64,000 nt of DNA from Planktothrix sp. GU0601_MAG3 (GCA_035193785.1 CP136572.1:1940578-2004577); one strand, 5' to 3'. Numbered from the stretch's first letter, positions 48,962 to 60,276 are shown. Notes: a model not told the origin generated them from the letters alone. A program made the numbers and translations.

Positions 48962-50155
48962 ATGAAATTAAGCCTTTGCATGATTGTTAAAAATGAACAA
49001 GAAACTTTAGCAAAATGTTTAAATAGTGTTAAAGGAATTGTTGATGAAATAATTATTGTTGATACGGGGTCAACGGACAAAACTACCAAAATCGCTCAAC
49101 AATTTGGGGCAGAAGTTCATTCCTTTAATTGGTGTGATGACTTTTCCAAAGCCAGAAATGCAGCCCTAAGTTATGCCACCGGACAGTGGATTTTAGTATT
49201 AGATGCAGATGAAATTTTAGCCCCGGAAATTGGGGTACAACTGCATCAAATTATGGAAAATCGTAATTTAATTGTAGTTAACTTAATTAGACAGGAAATC
49301 GGCGCCAGTCAGTCCCCTTATTCCTTAGTTTCTCGACTGTTTAGAAATCATCCCCAAATCTGTTTTTCCCGTCCCTATCATGCCATGGTAGATGATAGCG
49401 TCACCGAATTAATTCGCCAAAAACCGCAATGGCAAATTGGAACATTACCCCAAGTTGCTATTTTACATGAGGGATACCAAGCCGAAGCGATCGCCAAACG
49501 GAATAAATGGCAACTGGCAAAAACATCCATGGAGAGCTACCTAAAAGAACATCCAACGGACGGATATGCCGCGAGTAAATTGGGGGCTTTATACGTCGAA
49601 ATTGGCGACTTAGAGCGCGGAATTGAACTATTAAAATTAGGATTATCTCAAGGGAGTAATGGAGAAGATGGGGTTTTATATGAACTCCATTATCATTTGG
49701 GCATAGCCTATAGTAAAAAAGGACAATTTATCCTAGCAAAATATCATTATCAAACCGCCGTTAATGTTAATATTATACCACAATTAAAACTGGGAGCCTA
49801 TAATAATTTAGGCAATATTTTCAAACAAGAAGGAGAACTAGAATCCGCAAAAATAGCCTATCAAACCGCCATAGAAATTGATCCCAGTTTAGCGATCGCC
49901 CATTATAATTTGGGTATGACCTTGAGGGCAATGGGGGCCTATCGAGAAGCGATCGCCGCCTATCAAAAGGCCCTAGAATTCAATCCCAACTCCGCCGAAA
50001 CCTTCCAAAATTTAGGAGTCCTCTTACTACAAATTGGTCAACTCAGCGATAGCTCAATGATGTTTAAAGCCGCCATAGAATTACACGAACAAAATAACTC
50101 CCCAGAAGCCCAACGCTTGCGTCAGGAATTAGGGGAAATGGGTTTTCGAGTTTGA
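48962..50155 (+). CDS. GT2 glycosyltransferase with TPR repeats
   Basis: LSLCMIVKNE, VDTGSTD, DFSKARN, LDADE; C-terminal TPRs. Confidence 0.9.
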   Translation: MKLSLCMIVKNEQETLAKCLNSVKGIVDEIIIVDTGSTDKTTKIAQQFGAEVHSFNWCDDFSKARNAALSYATGQWILVLDADEILAPEIGVQLHQIMENRNLIVVNLIRQEIGASQSPYSLVSRLFRNHPQICFSRPYHAMVDDSVTELIRQKPQWQIGTLPQVAILHEGYQAEAIAKRNKWQLAKTSMESYLKEHPTDGYAASKLGALYVEIGDLERGIELLKLGLSQGSNGEDGVLYELHYHLGIAYSKKGQFILAKYHYQTAVNVNIIPQLKLGAYNNLGNIFKQEGELESAKIAYQTAIEIDPSLAIAHYNLGMTLRAMGAYREAIAAYQKALEFNPNSAETFQNLGVLLLQIGQLSDSSMMFKAAIELHEQNNSPEAQRLRQELGEMGFRV

Positions 50156-50299
50156 GAGATTACGGAGAAATAATAAAATAGTTTTCCAAATTTTTCCATA
50201 ATCAGCTATCATGCAGCAAAAGCTTGTCCTGAGCCATGTCCTGAGTCATGTCGAAGGATTGTCGAACGGATTAGATCATTTTTCTAGGAGTTAGGTAAT

Positions 50300-51362
50300 A
50301 TGGGTAATGCAGAACGGATTCCCGTCGGTATTGTCGGGGCATCGGGCTATGGTGGTGTGCAGTTGGTGCGTTTGTTACAGGATCATCCCCTGGTCAGAAT
50401 TGCTTATTTGGGCGGGGATAGTAGCGCCGGAAAACCCTTTTGTAGTCTCTATCCCCATTTGAATGAATGTGTGGATTTAGTGATCGAACCTATTGATATT
50501 GATAAAATAGCCTCTAAATGTCAAATTGTCTTTCTATCCCTCCCGAATAATTTGGCCTATACCATGGCCCCCCAATTAATAGAAAAAGGATGTAAAGTAT
50601 TAGATTTATCGGCGGATTATCGATTTTCTAATTTAGACATTTATAAAAAATGGTATGGGGGAGAAACGCACGGATCAAGCCATCGCAGCAACGGCCGTTT
50701 ATGGCTTACCTGAATTGTATCGCGATCGCCTAGCTACGGCTCAATTAGTTGGTTGTGCCGGGTGTTATGTCACCGCCAGTTTATTAGCCATTTCTCCCCT
50801 ATTAAAACAGGGATTAGTTGATCCCCATACCACCATTATTGACGCCAAATCCGGCACTTCTGGCGGGGGAAGACAGGCTAAAGTTAATATGTTATTAGCC
50901 GAAGCTGATAGTTCAATTGGGGCTTATAGTGTCGGTGGTCATCATCGCCATACCCCAGAAATTGAACAGGTTTGTAGTGACTTAGCCGGACACGATATTT
51001 TAGTCCAATTTACCCCCCATTTAATGCCGATGGTCAGGGGAATTTTAGCCACTGTTTATGCAACTTTACGAGATCCAGGATTAGTTCGAGAGGATTTAAT
51101 TACCATTTATAAAGCGTTTTATCGCAATTCTCCCCTGGTTAAAATCTTACCTGGTGGCACCTATCCTCAAACAAAATGGGCCTGTGGAACTAATCTTTGT
51201 TACTTAGGAATTGAAGTTGATCAACGCACCGGACGAGTGATTGTTATGTCGGCTATTGATAACTTAATTAAAGGTCAAGCCGGACAGGGAGTGCAGTGTA
51301 TGAATATTATGATGGGTTGGGAAGAAACCTTGGGTTTACCGCAATTGTGTTTCTATCCTTAA
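50300..51362 (+). CDS. argC: N-acetyl-gamma-glutamyl-phosphate reductase (frameshift at 50663)
   Basis: [41 protein letters not shown]. Confidence 0.95.
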
Positions 51363-51368
51363 ATCTTT

Positions 51369-51426
51369 GTAGAGACGCGCCATGCAGAGACGCGCCATGC
51401 AGAGACGCGCCATGGCACGTCTCTAC
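51369..51426. repeat. GTAG-type REP with 3x internal 15-bp slippage
   Basis: gt(agagacgcgccatgc)2 agagacgcgccatggcacgtctctac. Confidence 0.8.
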
Positions 51427-51430
51427 GGGA

Positions 51431-52214
51431 TTATTTCTTGGGTTTAAACTGTTTTTCCACTAAACTCACAATCGTATCTCTAGGGAAAAATCGAGGTAAA
51501 TTTACAATAAATTGATTACCAAATCCTCCAGTTACTAAAGTTGAAAAGTCTTTTTCTAAGGCTTTTAATGTGTCTTGAACAACTTCTTCCGCCGTCGTAT
51601 AATTCTGTGCGCCCCCGGAAAAGGTTTGAGGAAATTCTGCCGCAACAAAAAAGTTAGATTCCGTTGGCCCAGGACAAACGACTAAAAGTCTCACCCCAGA
51701 GTCTTTATTTTCCGCCCATAAAGCCTCGGTAAAATTCAAAACAAAGGCTTTTGTTCCCGCATAAACCGAACAATAGGGTAGGGGTTGATAACCCGCAATA
51801 GAAGCGACATTAACGATCGCACCCGCACCCCGTTTTTTCATATCAGTTAAGAATAAATGAGTCAGTTCAACTAATGCTGTAATATTTAACTGAATCATTT
51901 GCACTTGTTTGGTTAAAGGGCGATCGGTAAAGGCTCCATAATCTCCAAATCCCGCATTATTAATTAGTAAATCAATAGTTAATCCCTGTTGAGAGATGGC
52001 ATCGAAAACCGATTGTGTGGCTCCTGGTTTCTGTCAAATCTTGAGGAATTAGATGGGCTTTAATATTATATTGCGATCGCAATTTTTCGGCCAGTTGTTC
52101 TAATTTATCTTGAGAACGAGCCACCAAAACCACATCCATTTTCCGAGATGCCAATTCCTTCGCAAACGCCGCCCCAATTCCAACAGAAGCTCCTGTAATT
52201 AACGCAGTTTTCAT
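51431..52214 (-). CDS. Short-chain dehydrogenase/reductase (frameshift at 52027)
   Basis: MKTALITGASVGIG, INNAGFG, YAGTK. Confidence 0.9.
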
Positions 52215-52274
52215 TGATTTTCCATCCTAGAATAACTTTCTAGTCAATTATTGTAACGCATTCTTAATATTCTG
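52190..52274. repeat. Left copy of ~85-bp direct repeat (SDR start codon region plus upstream sequence)
   Basis: ctcctgtaattaacgcagttttcattgattttccatcctagaataactttctagtcaattattgtaacgcattcttaatattctg. Confidence 0.8.
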
Positions 52275-52351
52275 TTGTTGTTAAAACAGTATTTTAGGGT
52301 AAATGATCAAAATTATAATTTTGACCAAAATGATTTAGTTAAGTATCTATC

Positions 52352-53899
52352 ATGGTAGCTCCCACAAACAGAAAGCAAGATAAATTTCAAGCCTATTACA
52401 CGAATTGTGATCATATTACTTCCTATATGGTAGGACTTCTGGAATGTGATGATAATATATCTGTGCTTGAACCTTGTGCGGGTGAGGGTGTGTTTATTGA
52501 CGAGTTATTAAAACAGGAATTAACTCCAGAAATTACTGCTTATGAGTTAAATATTTATGCCATAAATCAGTTAAATATTAAATATAATAACTTAAAAAAT
52601 ATTGAGATTATACATCAAGATTTTATCCTGATAAACACTAACAAAAAATTCGATAGAGTGATTGCAAATCCCCCCTATGGAGCCTATCAATCACCAGAAA
52701 AAAGAAAACAATTAAAAAAAGCATATCCCCATATATATGCTAAGGAAACCTACGGTTTATTTTTAATTCGGACGTTGGAATTATTAAAACAGGACGGACG
52801 CCTGGTTTTTATTATTCCCGATACCTATTTATCACTCCATCATCATCAAGGTTTGCGAAAAGAAATTATTAGTAATTATAAAATAGAGTCAATCACGCTT
52901 TTTCCTTCTGATTTTTTCCCGGGTGTCAACTTTGGCTATGCGGGTTTAAGTATAATATCTATTGTTAAGGAAAAACCCAATATTGATTATAATTTTCCTG
53001 TATATAATGGTTTACATTCACCGTCGGAGTTGACAAAATTGTTAACTGATACCAAGAAAAATTATGAAGTTTGTAGACTTTCATACAGTCAGCTTATTAA
53101 CAATCCATCCCAGGCTTTTTTTCTGTCTTCAAAAGACTGGATTTCTCAAGTTCTGAGTTCTGATAATATGACAATAGGTGATATTTGTTTTGTGGTGACG
53201 GGTTTTTATTCGGGGAATGATGGGAAGTATTTAAGGCGATCGCCATCTGTTACTAGGGGAAGTAAAAAATATGCTATTGTAGACAATAATAATATCTGTA
53301 GAGATAATCTTTCTATTAATCCACCCCTAAATGGGATCAAAAATGATTGTTATTGGGTTCCTATTGTCAAGGGTGGTAATCAAAGATTCTACAAACAATC
53401 AGAATGGTTTATGGACTGGGGGGAAGAGGCGGTTAATGATTATAAAGTTACGAATAAGCAAAAAGCCAGATTTCAGAACTCCCAATTTTATTTCCGTCAG
53501 GGAATAGCTGTACCGATGATATCATCTTCTTCAATTACGGGATCATTGATGGACGGGAGATTATTTGATCAGTCTATTGTGGGAATATTTCCCCACCAAG
53601 ATTACCAGGATTTAATTTACTATTTACTGGGGTTTTTTAATAGTAAAGTTTGTAATGATCTGATTAGAACTATTAATACAAGCACCAATAATTCCGCCAA
53701 TTACATTAAGAAAATACCTTTAATCATACCACAAAAACAGTTGTTGGAAATTATCTTAAAAGAAGTAGAATGGCTGATTATATTATCTAAGTCTAATATT
53801 ATTAATGATCAAGATTTGCAAAAATTAAATGAATACTTTTATGATATATACGGGGCAAAAATATCCTACATAGCAATCTCGCCTAGCAATTCTGTTTGA
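52352..53899 (+). CDS. Orphan gamma-class N6-adenine DNA methyltransferase (TaqI/Eco57I-like with C-terminal TRD)
   Basis: Motif I VLEPCAGEGVF, motif IV NPPY, C-terminal WVPIVKGG...YFRQGI...YLLGFFNS; AT-rich; no adjacent endonuclease. Confidence 0.88.
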   Translation: MVAPTNRKQDKFQAYYTNCDHITSYMVGLLECDDNISVLEPCAGEGVFIDELLKQELTPEITAYELNIYAINQLNIKYNNLKNIEIIHQDFILINTNKKFDRVIANPPYGAYQSPEKRKQLKKAYPHIYAKETYGLFLIRTLELLKQDGRLVFIIPDTYLSLHHHQGLRKEIISNYKIESITLFPSDFFPGVNFGYAGLSIISIVKEKPNIDYNFPVYNGLHSPSELTKLLTDTKKNYEVCRLSYSQLINNPSQAFFLSSKDWISQVLSSDNMTIGDICFVVTGFYSGNDGKYLRRSPSVTRGSKKYAIVDNNNICRDNLSINPPLNGIKNDCYWVPIVKGGNQRFYKQSEWFMDWGEEAVNDYKVTNKQKARFQNSQFYFRQGIAVPMISSSSITGSLMDGRLFDQSIVGIFPHQDYQDLIYYLLGFFNSKVCNDLIRTINTSTNNSANYIKKIPLIIPQKQLLEIILKEVEWLIILSKSNIINDQDLQKLNEYFYDIYGAKISYIAISPSNSV

Positions 53900-53902
53900 T
53901 CA

Positions 53903-53986
53903 CTCCTGTAATTAATGCGGTTTTCATTAATTGTAGATCCTCAAATAATCTTCTAGTTGATTATTGTAAAGCATTTTTAATATCTG
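53903..53986. repeat. Right copy of the direct repeat; truncated SDR start (MKTALITGVIKQNC*)
   Basis: ctcctgtaattaatgcggttttcattaattgtagatcctcaaataatcttctagttgattattgtaaagcatttttaatatctg. Confidence 0.8.
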
Positions 53987-54108
53987 CTGCTTTTGCCACT
54001 GTGTTAATGATAATATAGTGATTCTTTCCGTCTTGGGCTGGGTCTGTTATGATGGTAAAGGGTTTTAAGTTGAGTATGACTAAAATAGAAATTTATGGGG
54101 CATAGGCG

Positions 54109-55912
54109 ATGAAACGCTATATTTGTATTGCCATTGGCATTAATCAATATCAATATCTGCAACCCTTGAATTATGCCCAAAAGGATGCAGAGGCTATTTA
54201 TGAATATTTGGTTGATGTTGCCGGATTTCCTCGTGATCAGAGTTTATTGCTCTGCGATCACTCGCCCCCAGTGTCGAGGATGTCCACCTATCCCAACCAA
54301 GAAAATGTTTTAGATTGGGTAGAGTCTTTCTGTAAAGAGCAACTCGGCCCGGAGGATGTCCTTTGGTTTTTCTTTAGTGGTCATGGGTTCGCCAAGGATG
54401 GACAGGATTATCTATTGCCGATTGACGGTAATCCGAATCAGTTAGAAACAACGGGAATTCCCATTCAAAAGTTATTTGACTATTTTAAAGCCGCAGCAAC
54501 CGATAAAATTTTGGTGTTGCTGGATATTAACCGCGCTCAGGGGGCGCACGCGGGGGAAAGTGTTGGAATTCAAACGGCTGAAATCGCCCGAAAATTACAA
54601 ATTCCCACGATTTTATCTTGTCAGCCCGAACAGTTGTCCCGGGAAACTTCGGCTTTGCGCCAAGGATTCTTCACTTCGGTATTATTAGAAGGGTTGAAAG
54701 CCGGACAATTTTCAACTTCAGATTCATTAATTTATGGACTGGAGAAACGTTTACCGGAAGTGACGGAACAACATTTAAGACCCCGACAAAACCCCGTATT
54801 TGCAGTTTATCCAGCCTCTAAACTCCAGCAGGTACTTTTACCTGAAAGTCGTCAGGTGGCTATTAATCTTTCCAACGGTATTAGAGAAATAAATATGGCA
54901 ACTGTAGAATCTCATCAAAATGGGACTGCTCCTGTATCGGAAGATCCACTGAAATTATCCCGATCTTCTGATCAAGGAAATGGAGAGCGGGGTTTCTGCG
55001 ACAGGTGAACCCGTCGAGCCCGGAAATTTACCCCCAAATTCTCCAGCTTCTGTAGTTCAGATGAACTCCCAACCGCCTGTAAGTTCAACGGAGGAAACTA
55101 TGACAGAAAGTTCATTTTTACAACGGTTAATTCTTTGGAGTGGCGCAACGGCAATGGTACTGTTGCTGGGTGTATTTTTGACCAATAAACCGATATTTTT
55201 AGGTCAAAAAACCGCTAAGTCTTCTGTTGAGACTTCAACGGCGGTTAAAACTCCCAAACCACTACCCGCGACCACGAAACCGGAACCCACAGCCCCGACT
55301 CCCACCCCCGCAAGTCCCGCTCAATTGTTAGATGAATCGAAACTTATATTAAAAGATGCTTCCGCTTCTGATTTTAGTAAGGCGATCGCCATCGTTCAAC
55401 GGATTCCGGCGAGTGATCCGCAGTACAAGGAAGCCCAAGGGGATATTGAACAGTGGAGTAAAACTATCCTGGTGATTGCCCAAGGACGCGCCCTGAGTCA
55501 AAATTTGCCCGGAGCAGTGGAGGCGCTCGAGTTGCTCCCCGACGCTAATCCTGAGATTTATCAACAGGGACAAAAACAGCTTGAGGAGTGGAAAGCTCAG
55601 TTAAAAATCCTGAACAATAATCAGGGAATTATGAGCCAAGCTAAGGCTTTAATTAAGCCCGGTCAAGCCTCATCCTATAGTGATGCTATCGGTCTTGTGC
55701 AAAAAATTCCGGCGGATCAGCCTGGATATTCGGAGGCCGAGAAATTAATCAATCAATGGTCAAATCAAATCTGGGAAATTGCTCAATCCCGTGCTAAGAC
55801 AAAGCAATATAATAATGCTATTGAAGCGGCTAAGTTAGTACCCGAAAATACATCGGCCCATGATGCGGCTCAGAAAGCGATCGCTGATTGGAAAACCAAA
55901 CCTAATAAGTAA
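54109..55912 (+). CDS. Caspase-like (peptidase C14) protein with TM and helical repeats; catalytic Cys replaced (frameshift at 54992)
   Basis: IAIGINQY, LNYAQKDA, FFFSGHG, LLDINR in place of LDACR; TM LILWSGATAMVLLLGVFL. Confidence 0.82.
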
Positions 55913-55924
55913 TCAAGTTGACAG

Positions 55925-55985
55925 GTGGGGGCGGGTTATATGATATCTGTGTTAATCACCTAAATCTTGATAAACCCGCCCCTAC
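55925..55985. repeat. Single REP copy of the gggcgggtt/aacccgcccctac family
   Basis: gtgggggcgggtt...aaacccgcccctac between convergent genes. Confidence 0.75.
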
Positions 55986-56002
55986 AACTGATAACTGATT
56001 AA

Positions 56003-56641
56003 TTACTGATAACTGATTTTAGTTCCCCCTAAACCGCAGTAGCCATTGGGGTTTTTGGCTAAATATTGTTGGTGATAACTTTCGGCATAATAAAATTCCG
56101 GTGCTGGTAGAATTTCCGTGGTTATTGTTTCATAACCTCCTTGTTTCAAGGCGATTTGATAGGTGTCCCGGGAGGCTTCGGCTAGTTCCCGTTGTTGCTC
56201 AGAATAAACATAAATTCCTGAACGGTATTGTGTTCCAGCATCGTTACCCTGACGCATTCCCTGGGTCGGATTGTGGCTTTCCCAAAAGACTTTTAGCAAT
56301 TGTTCATAACTAATTACCTTGGGATCATAAACCACTAACACGACTTCATTATGTCCCGTTTGCCCGCTACAAACTTCTTCATAGGTGGGGTTAGGAGTAA
56401 ATCCGGCACTGTAGCCCACGGAGGTACTAAACACCCCTTCCTGCTGCCAAAAACGACGTTCTGCCCCCCAAAAACAACCCATCCCAAACATCGCCATTTC
56501 CAGTCCTGGGGGAAAGGGAGGTTTCAGGGGATTACCATTGACATAATGTTTGTCGGGTACGGACATAACTTGTTGACGTCCGGGTAGGGCGTCGGAGGCT
56601 GAAGGCATTTTCAGTTTTTTACCAAGTCCAAAGATGTGCAT
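56003..56641 (-). CDS. msrA: Peptide methionine sulfoxide reductase MsrA
   Basis: [29 protein letters not shown]. Confidence 0.96.
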   Translation of the reverse strand: MHIFGLGKKLKMPSASDALPGRQQVMSVPDKHYVNGNPLKPPFPPGLEMAMFGMGCFWGAERRFWQQEGVFSTSVGYSAGFTPNPTYEEVCSGQTGHNEVVLVVYDPKVISYEQLLKVFWESHNPTQGMRQGNDAGTQYRSGIYVYSEQQRELAEASRDTYQIALKQGGYETITTEILPAPEFYYAESYHQQYLAKNPNGYCGLGGTKISYQ

Positions 56642-56842
56642 AATTGAATGGATTTGTGAAATATAGCTTTACATATCTTAATATTAGCGTTTTTATATGG
56701 TTTTTGCTGAACTAGAAACTCAGTTTTTCAGGATTGATAATTTATTCTTGGATGAATCTCGTTAATGATTTTAATATTCTGATTATTTTAATTTGATACA
56801 ATAAAACCGGAAAAATCACTAAAGTTCAAAAAACTTTCAGAT

Positions 56843-57730
56843 ATGATGTGGGATCAAATTGCTGAACAAATTAGTCAAGCTACGGGAGAACCGTTTCAAA
56901 TCCGCGATCGCCATGCCGTCAGTGGAGGGTGTATCAATCAAGGATATAAGATTAGTCAAGGTTCCCGTAACTATTTTATTAAACTGAATCAAATAAGTCA
57001 AGTGGGAATGTTTGAAGCCGAGGCTTTAGGAGTTGAGCAAATTTGGAAAACCCAGACAATTAGAGTTCCTCAAGTCATTTGTTGGGGAGGGTCGGGAAAT
57101 TCCGCTTATTTAGTCTTAGAATGGCTGAATTTAGCGGGAAAAAATGAGCCTTCAGCCTGGGAAGAAATGGGAAAAAACTTAGCGTTACTGCATCGCTGGA
57201 CACCCGCACAAAATTATCCTGGGTATGAAAAATTTGGCTGGGAAATTAATAATACAATTGGTTCTACACCTCAAATTAATACCTGGACAAATAATTGGAT
57301 TGAATTTTGGCAAGAACATAGAATTGGCTATCAATTAAAACTGGCGAAACGGCGAGGAGTATATTTTGACCAGGAAGAAAAATTACTCCAAAAAATCCCA
57401 GATTTATTCGCTGATTATACTCCTAAACCTTCCTTAGTTCATGGAGATTTATGGGGAGGAAATGCAGCGATTTCTTCAGCAGGAGAACCTGTAATTTTCG
57501 ATCCGGCTAGTTATTTTGGAGATCGAGAAGTTGATTTAGCCATGACTGAATTATTTGGCGGGTTTCCCCCCCGTTTTTATCAAGGTTACCAGACGATTTT
57601 TCCGATAAATTCCGGTTATGCGCGTCGTAAAATGATTTATAATCTTTACCATATCCTAAATCATTTTAACTTATTTGGGGGGAGCTATGGTAGACAAGCT
57701 AATCAGATGATTGAAGAAATTTTGTGCTAA
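56843..57730 (+). CDS. Fructosamine kinase family protein
   Basis: VSGGCIN, FEAEALG, LVHGDLWGGN, FDPASYFGDREVDLAMTELFGGF. Confidence 0.92.
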   Translation: MMWDQIAEQISQATGEPFQIRDRHAVSGGCINQGYKISQGSRNYFIKLNQISQVGMFEAEALGVEQIWKTQTIRVPQVICWGGSGNSAYLVLEWLNLAGKNEPSAWEEMGKNLALLHRWTPAQNYPGYEKFGWEINNTIGSTPQINTWTNNWIEFWQEHRIGYQLKLAKRRGVYFDQEEKLLQKIPDLFADYTPKPSLVHGDLWGGNAAISSAGEPVIFDPASYFGDREVDLAMTELFGGFPPRFYQGYQTIFPINSGYARRKMIYNLYHILNHFNLFGGSYGRQANQMIEEILC

Positions 57731-57781
57731 ACTTTAACTCAACCGACACTGACCACCTATCTTCTCTTGTATTTATAGTCT

Positions 57782-59590
57782 TTGCTGATGAATGACGCTC
57801 AACTAGATCACCTACTCACCAATATTTTGATTGTTGATGATACACCCGATAATTTATATCTCTTGTCAACAATGTTGAAAGAACGAGGGTATAATGTTCG
57901 CTGTGTTATTAATGGTTCGGCTGCAATTATGGGGGCAATTGCTGACCCACCAGATCTAATTTTATTAGATATTCGGATGCCCCAAATGAGCGGTTATGAA
58001 GTTTGCAAACAGTTAAAATCTTCCGAACGCACCCGGGATATTCCTGTGATTTTTTTAAGTGCATTAAATGAAGTTTTTGATAAAATTCAAGCCTTTGAAG
58101 TAGGCGGTTTGGACTATATTACTAAACCTTTTGAAATTCGAGAAGTTTTAGCTAGAATCAAAAATCAACTAAATTTACAAGCGGCAAAATTACAAATTCA
58201 AAAATTAAATACAGAACTGGAACAACGGGTCAAAGAACGAACGAAGGAACTAGAAGGAGCCAATTTACGATTGTTACACATGGCATCCCATGACGCACTT
58301 ACGGGTTTACCAAATCGAGTGTTTTTCATGGAACGATTGATGGCAGTTTTAGCCTATACCCACACCTATTCTAGCTCTAAGTTTGCAGTATTATTTCTCG
58401 ATTGTGATGATTTTAAAGTCGTTAATGATTCTTTGGGACATTTAGCTGGAGACCAACTTTTAAAGGCGGTGGCGAGAAGATTAAGTAATTGTATTAATCC
58501 TAATTATACCTTGGCTAGATTTGAAGGGGATGAATTTACTGTCCTTTTAGAAAAGATTGAATCCGTTGATGAAGCCACCCAATTAGCAGAAACAATTCAA
58601 CGGGCTTTAAGTAAATCTTTTCTACTCCATGAACATGAAGTTTTTATTAATACCAGTATTGGGATTGTTTTGGGAAATTACGAATACGAACAGCCGGAAT
58701 ATTTGCTCAGGGATGCAGATACGGCAATGTATCAAGCTAAAACTTTAGGAAAAGCCCGTTATCAGGTGTTCAATCGAGAGATGCACACCCGCGCCCTCAA
58801 TCGTTTACAGTTAGAAAATGACCTCCGCCGTGCCGTTGAACGTCAAGAATTCATTGTTTATTATCAACCAATTATTTGTTTATCAACGGGAAGAATTAGT
58901 AGTTTTGAAGCCTTAGTTCGTTGGAGACATCCCCAACGGGGCTTAATTTCACCCAATGATTTTATTCCCGTTGCTGAAGCCACTGGTTTAATTGTTCCCC
59001 TAGGATTTTGGGTATTAGAACACTCCTGTCGTCAACTGAAACTATGGCAAAAACAATCGGCTGAACGGGGGGAAGTTTTTGATGTTAGTATGAGTGTTAA
59101 TTTATCTGTTAAACAGTTTTCTCAAGGTAATTTAGTTGAAAAAATTGATCAAGTTCTCGAAGGTTTAAAATTAGATAGTAAAAATTTAAAACTAGAAATT
59201 ACAGAAAGTGCTATTATGGATAATCCTGAATTAGCATCAAAGCTATTTGAACAACTCAAAAAGCGCAAAATTCAGTTGAGTTTAGATGACTTTGGAACGG
59301 GGTATTCTTCCTTGAGTTATTTACACCGATTTCCTTTAGATATCATTAAAATTGATCGTTCTTTTATTAGTAACTTAGATTCGATGGGAAAAAATTTAGA
59401 GGTGGTTCAAGCCATTCTCAATCTCGCCCATCATTTAGGAATGAGCGTGGTAGCTGAGGGTATTGAGACGCCAGAACAATTGTCCCTTCTTAGGCTTTTA
59501 GGTTGCGAATTAGCTCAGGGTTATCTATTCGCTCAACCTTTGGATGCCAAAGCCGCAGAAACCCTGCTTTTCTCCCATCCTCAATGGTAA
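57782..59590 (+). CDS. REC-GGDEF-EAL c-di-GMP signalling protein
   Basis: VDDTPDN, LLDIRMP; RFEGDEF; FEALVRW, DDFGTGYSSL. Confidence 0.93.
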   Translation: MLMNDAQLDHLLTNILIVDDTPDNLYLLSTMLKERGYNVRCVINGSAAIMGAIADPPDLILLDIRMPQMSGYEVCKQLKSSERTRDIPVIFLSALNEVFDKIQAFEVGGLDYITKPFEIREVLARIKNQLNLQAAKLQIQKLNTELEQRVKERTKELEGANLRLLHMASHDALTGLPNRVFFMERLMAVLAYTHTYSSSKFAVLFLDCDDFKVVNDSLGHLAGDQLLKAVARRLSNCINPNYTLARFEGDEFTVLLEKIESVDEATQLAETIQRALSKSFLLHEHEVFINTSIGIVLGNYEYEQPEYLLRDADTAMYQAKTLGKARYQVFNREMHTRALNRLQLENDLRRAVERQEFIVYYQPIICLSTGRISSFEALVRWRHPQRGLISPNDFIPVAEATGLIVPLGFWVLEHSCRQLKLWQKQSAERGEVFDVSMSVNLSVKQFSQGNLVEKIDQVLEGLKLDSKNLKLEITESAIMDNPELASKLFEQLKKRKIQLSLDDFGTGYSSLSYLHRFPLDIIKIDRSFISNLDSMGKNLEVVQAILNLAHHLGMSVVAEGIETPEQLSLLRLLGCELAQGYLFAQPLDAKAAETLLFSHPQW

Positions 59591-59687
59591 GTAGTTGCAC
59601 ATAATAAATTACCTAATTGAGAGGGGGAACAGGAAAAAGGGTAAAGGATTTGTATGCTCTATTTTTCTAAAAACTCTAAATTTTTTC

Positions 59688-59922
59688 CTAGGGTAAAGAT
59701 TGCCAAGCATGGGTGACCAATTCACTTAACCACAGTCGCTGTTCTCGATTTAGTATACTATCATCGGCTAACACTTCAGCCTTAAGATCTTCTAAAGATT
59801 GTTGACGGGAAACGTGCAATTTTTACGACTCCCGCCAACGCCGTTACAACTAACTCGTCAGTAATAGGTTGTTGTCGCAGAGCCATCATTTCTTGGGGAC
59901 TTGTGGGAATTGGATAATTCAT
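59688..59922 (-). CDS. Small hypothetical protein (~77 aa), absent from the ORF track because of a frameshift at 59809
   Basis: Corrected: MNYPIPTSPQEMMALRQQPITDELVVTALAGVVKIARSRQQSLEDLKAEVLADDSILNREQRLWLSELVTHAWQSLP*. Confidence 0.75.
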
Positions 59923-60276
59923 ATATTAGTAATCAGTGCAAGAGTTATCGGTTATGGGTAAACAATAAACAGTACAGAATATCGGGGTTAAACAGATGTG
60001 TTTCCCGTTATCCTAGAATTGTAATTTGTGATTTGTGCTAAAAATTTTACGGAACATTTGATTTTAGGGTAGATTCTAGCACAAAAAATTAAAACCCCAA
60101 CGGATATTCAGATAGAACAGGGAACGGAACAGGGAAATCCATGATTAAAATTGGGTTAGGGGCTTGGTGATCCTCCAGTGGTTTCTAATCCGTTAAAATC
60201 AGAGTATGCTTAAAAATATAATCTGGTTTGCGTCCCTATTGCTTTTTTTGCATCTTACTTACTTTCCTTACTATAT

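Noticed and set aside
52352..53899. BREX or complete restriction-modification system
   Set aside because: Only the MTase is present; no brx/pgl genes or nuclease nearby.
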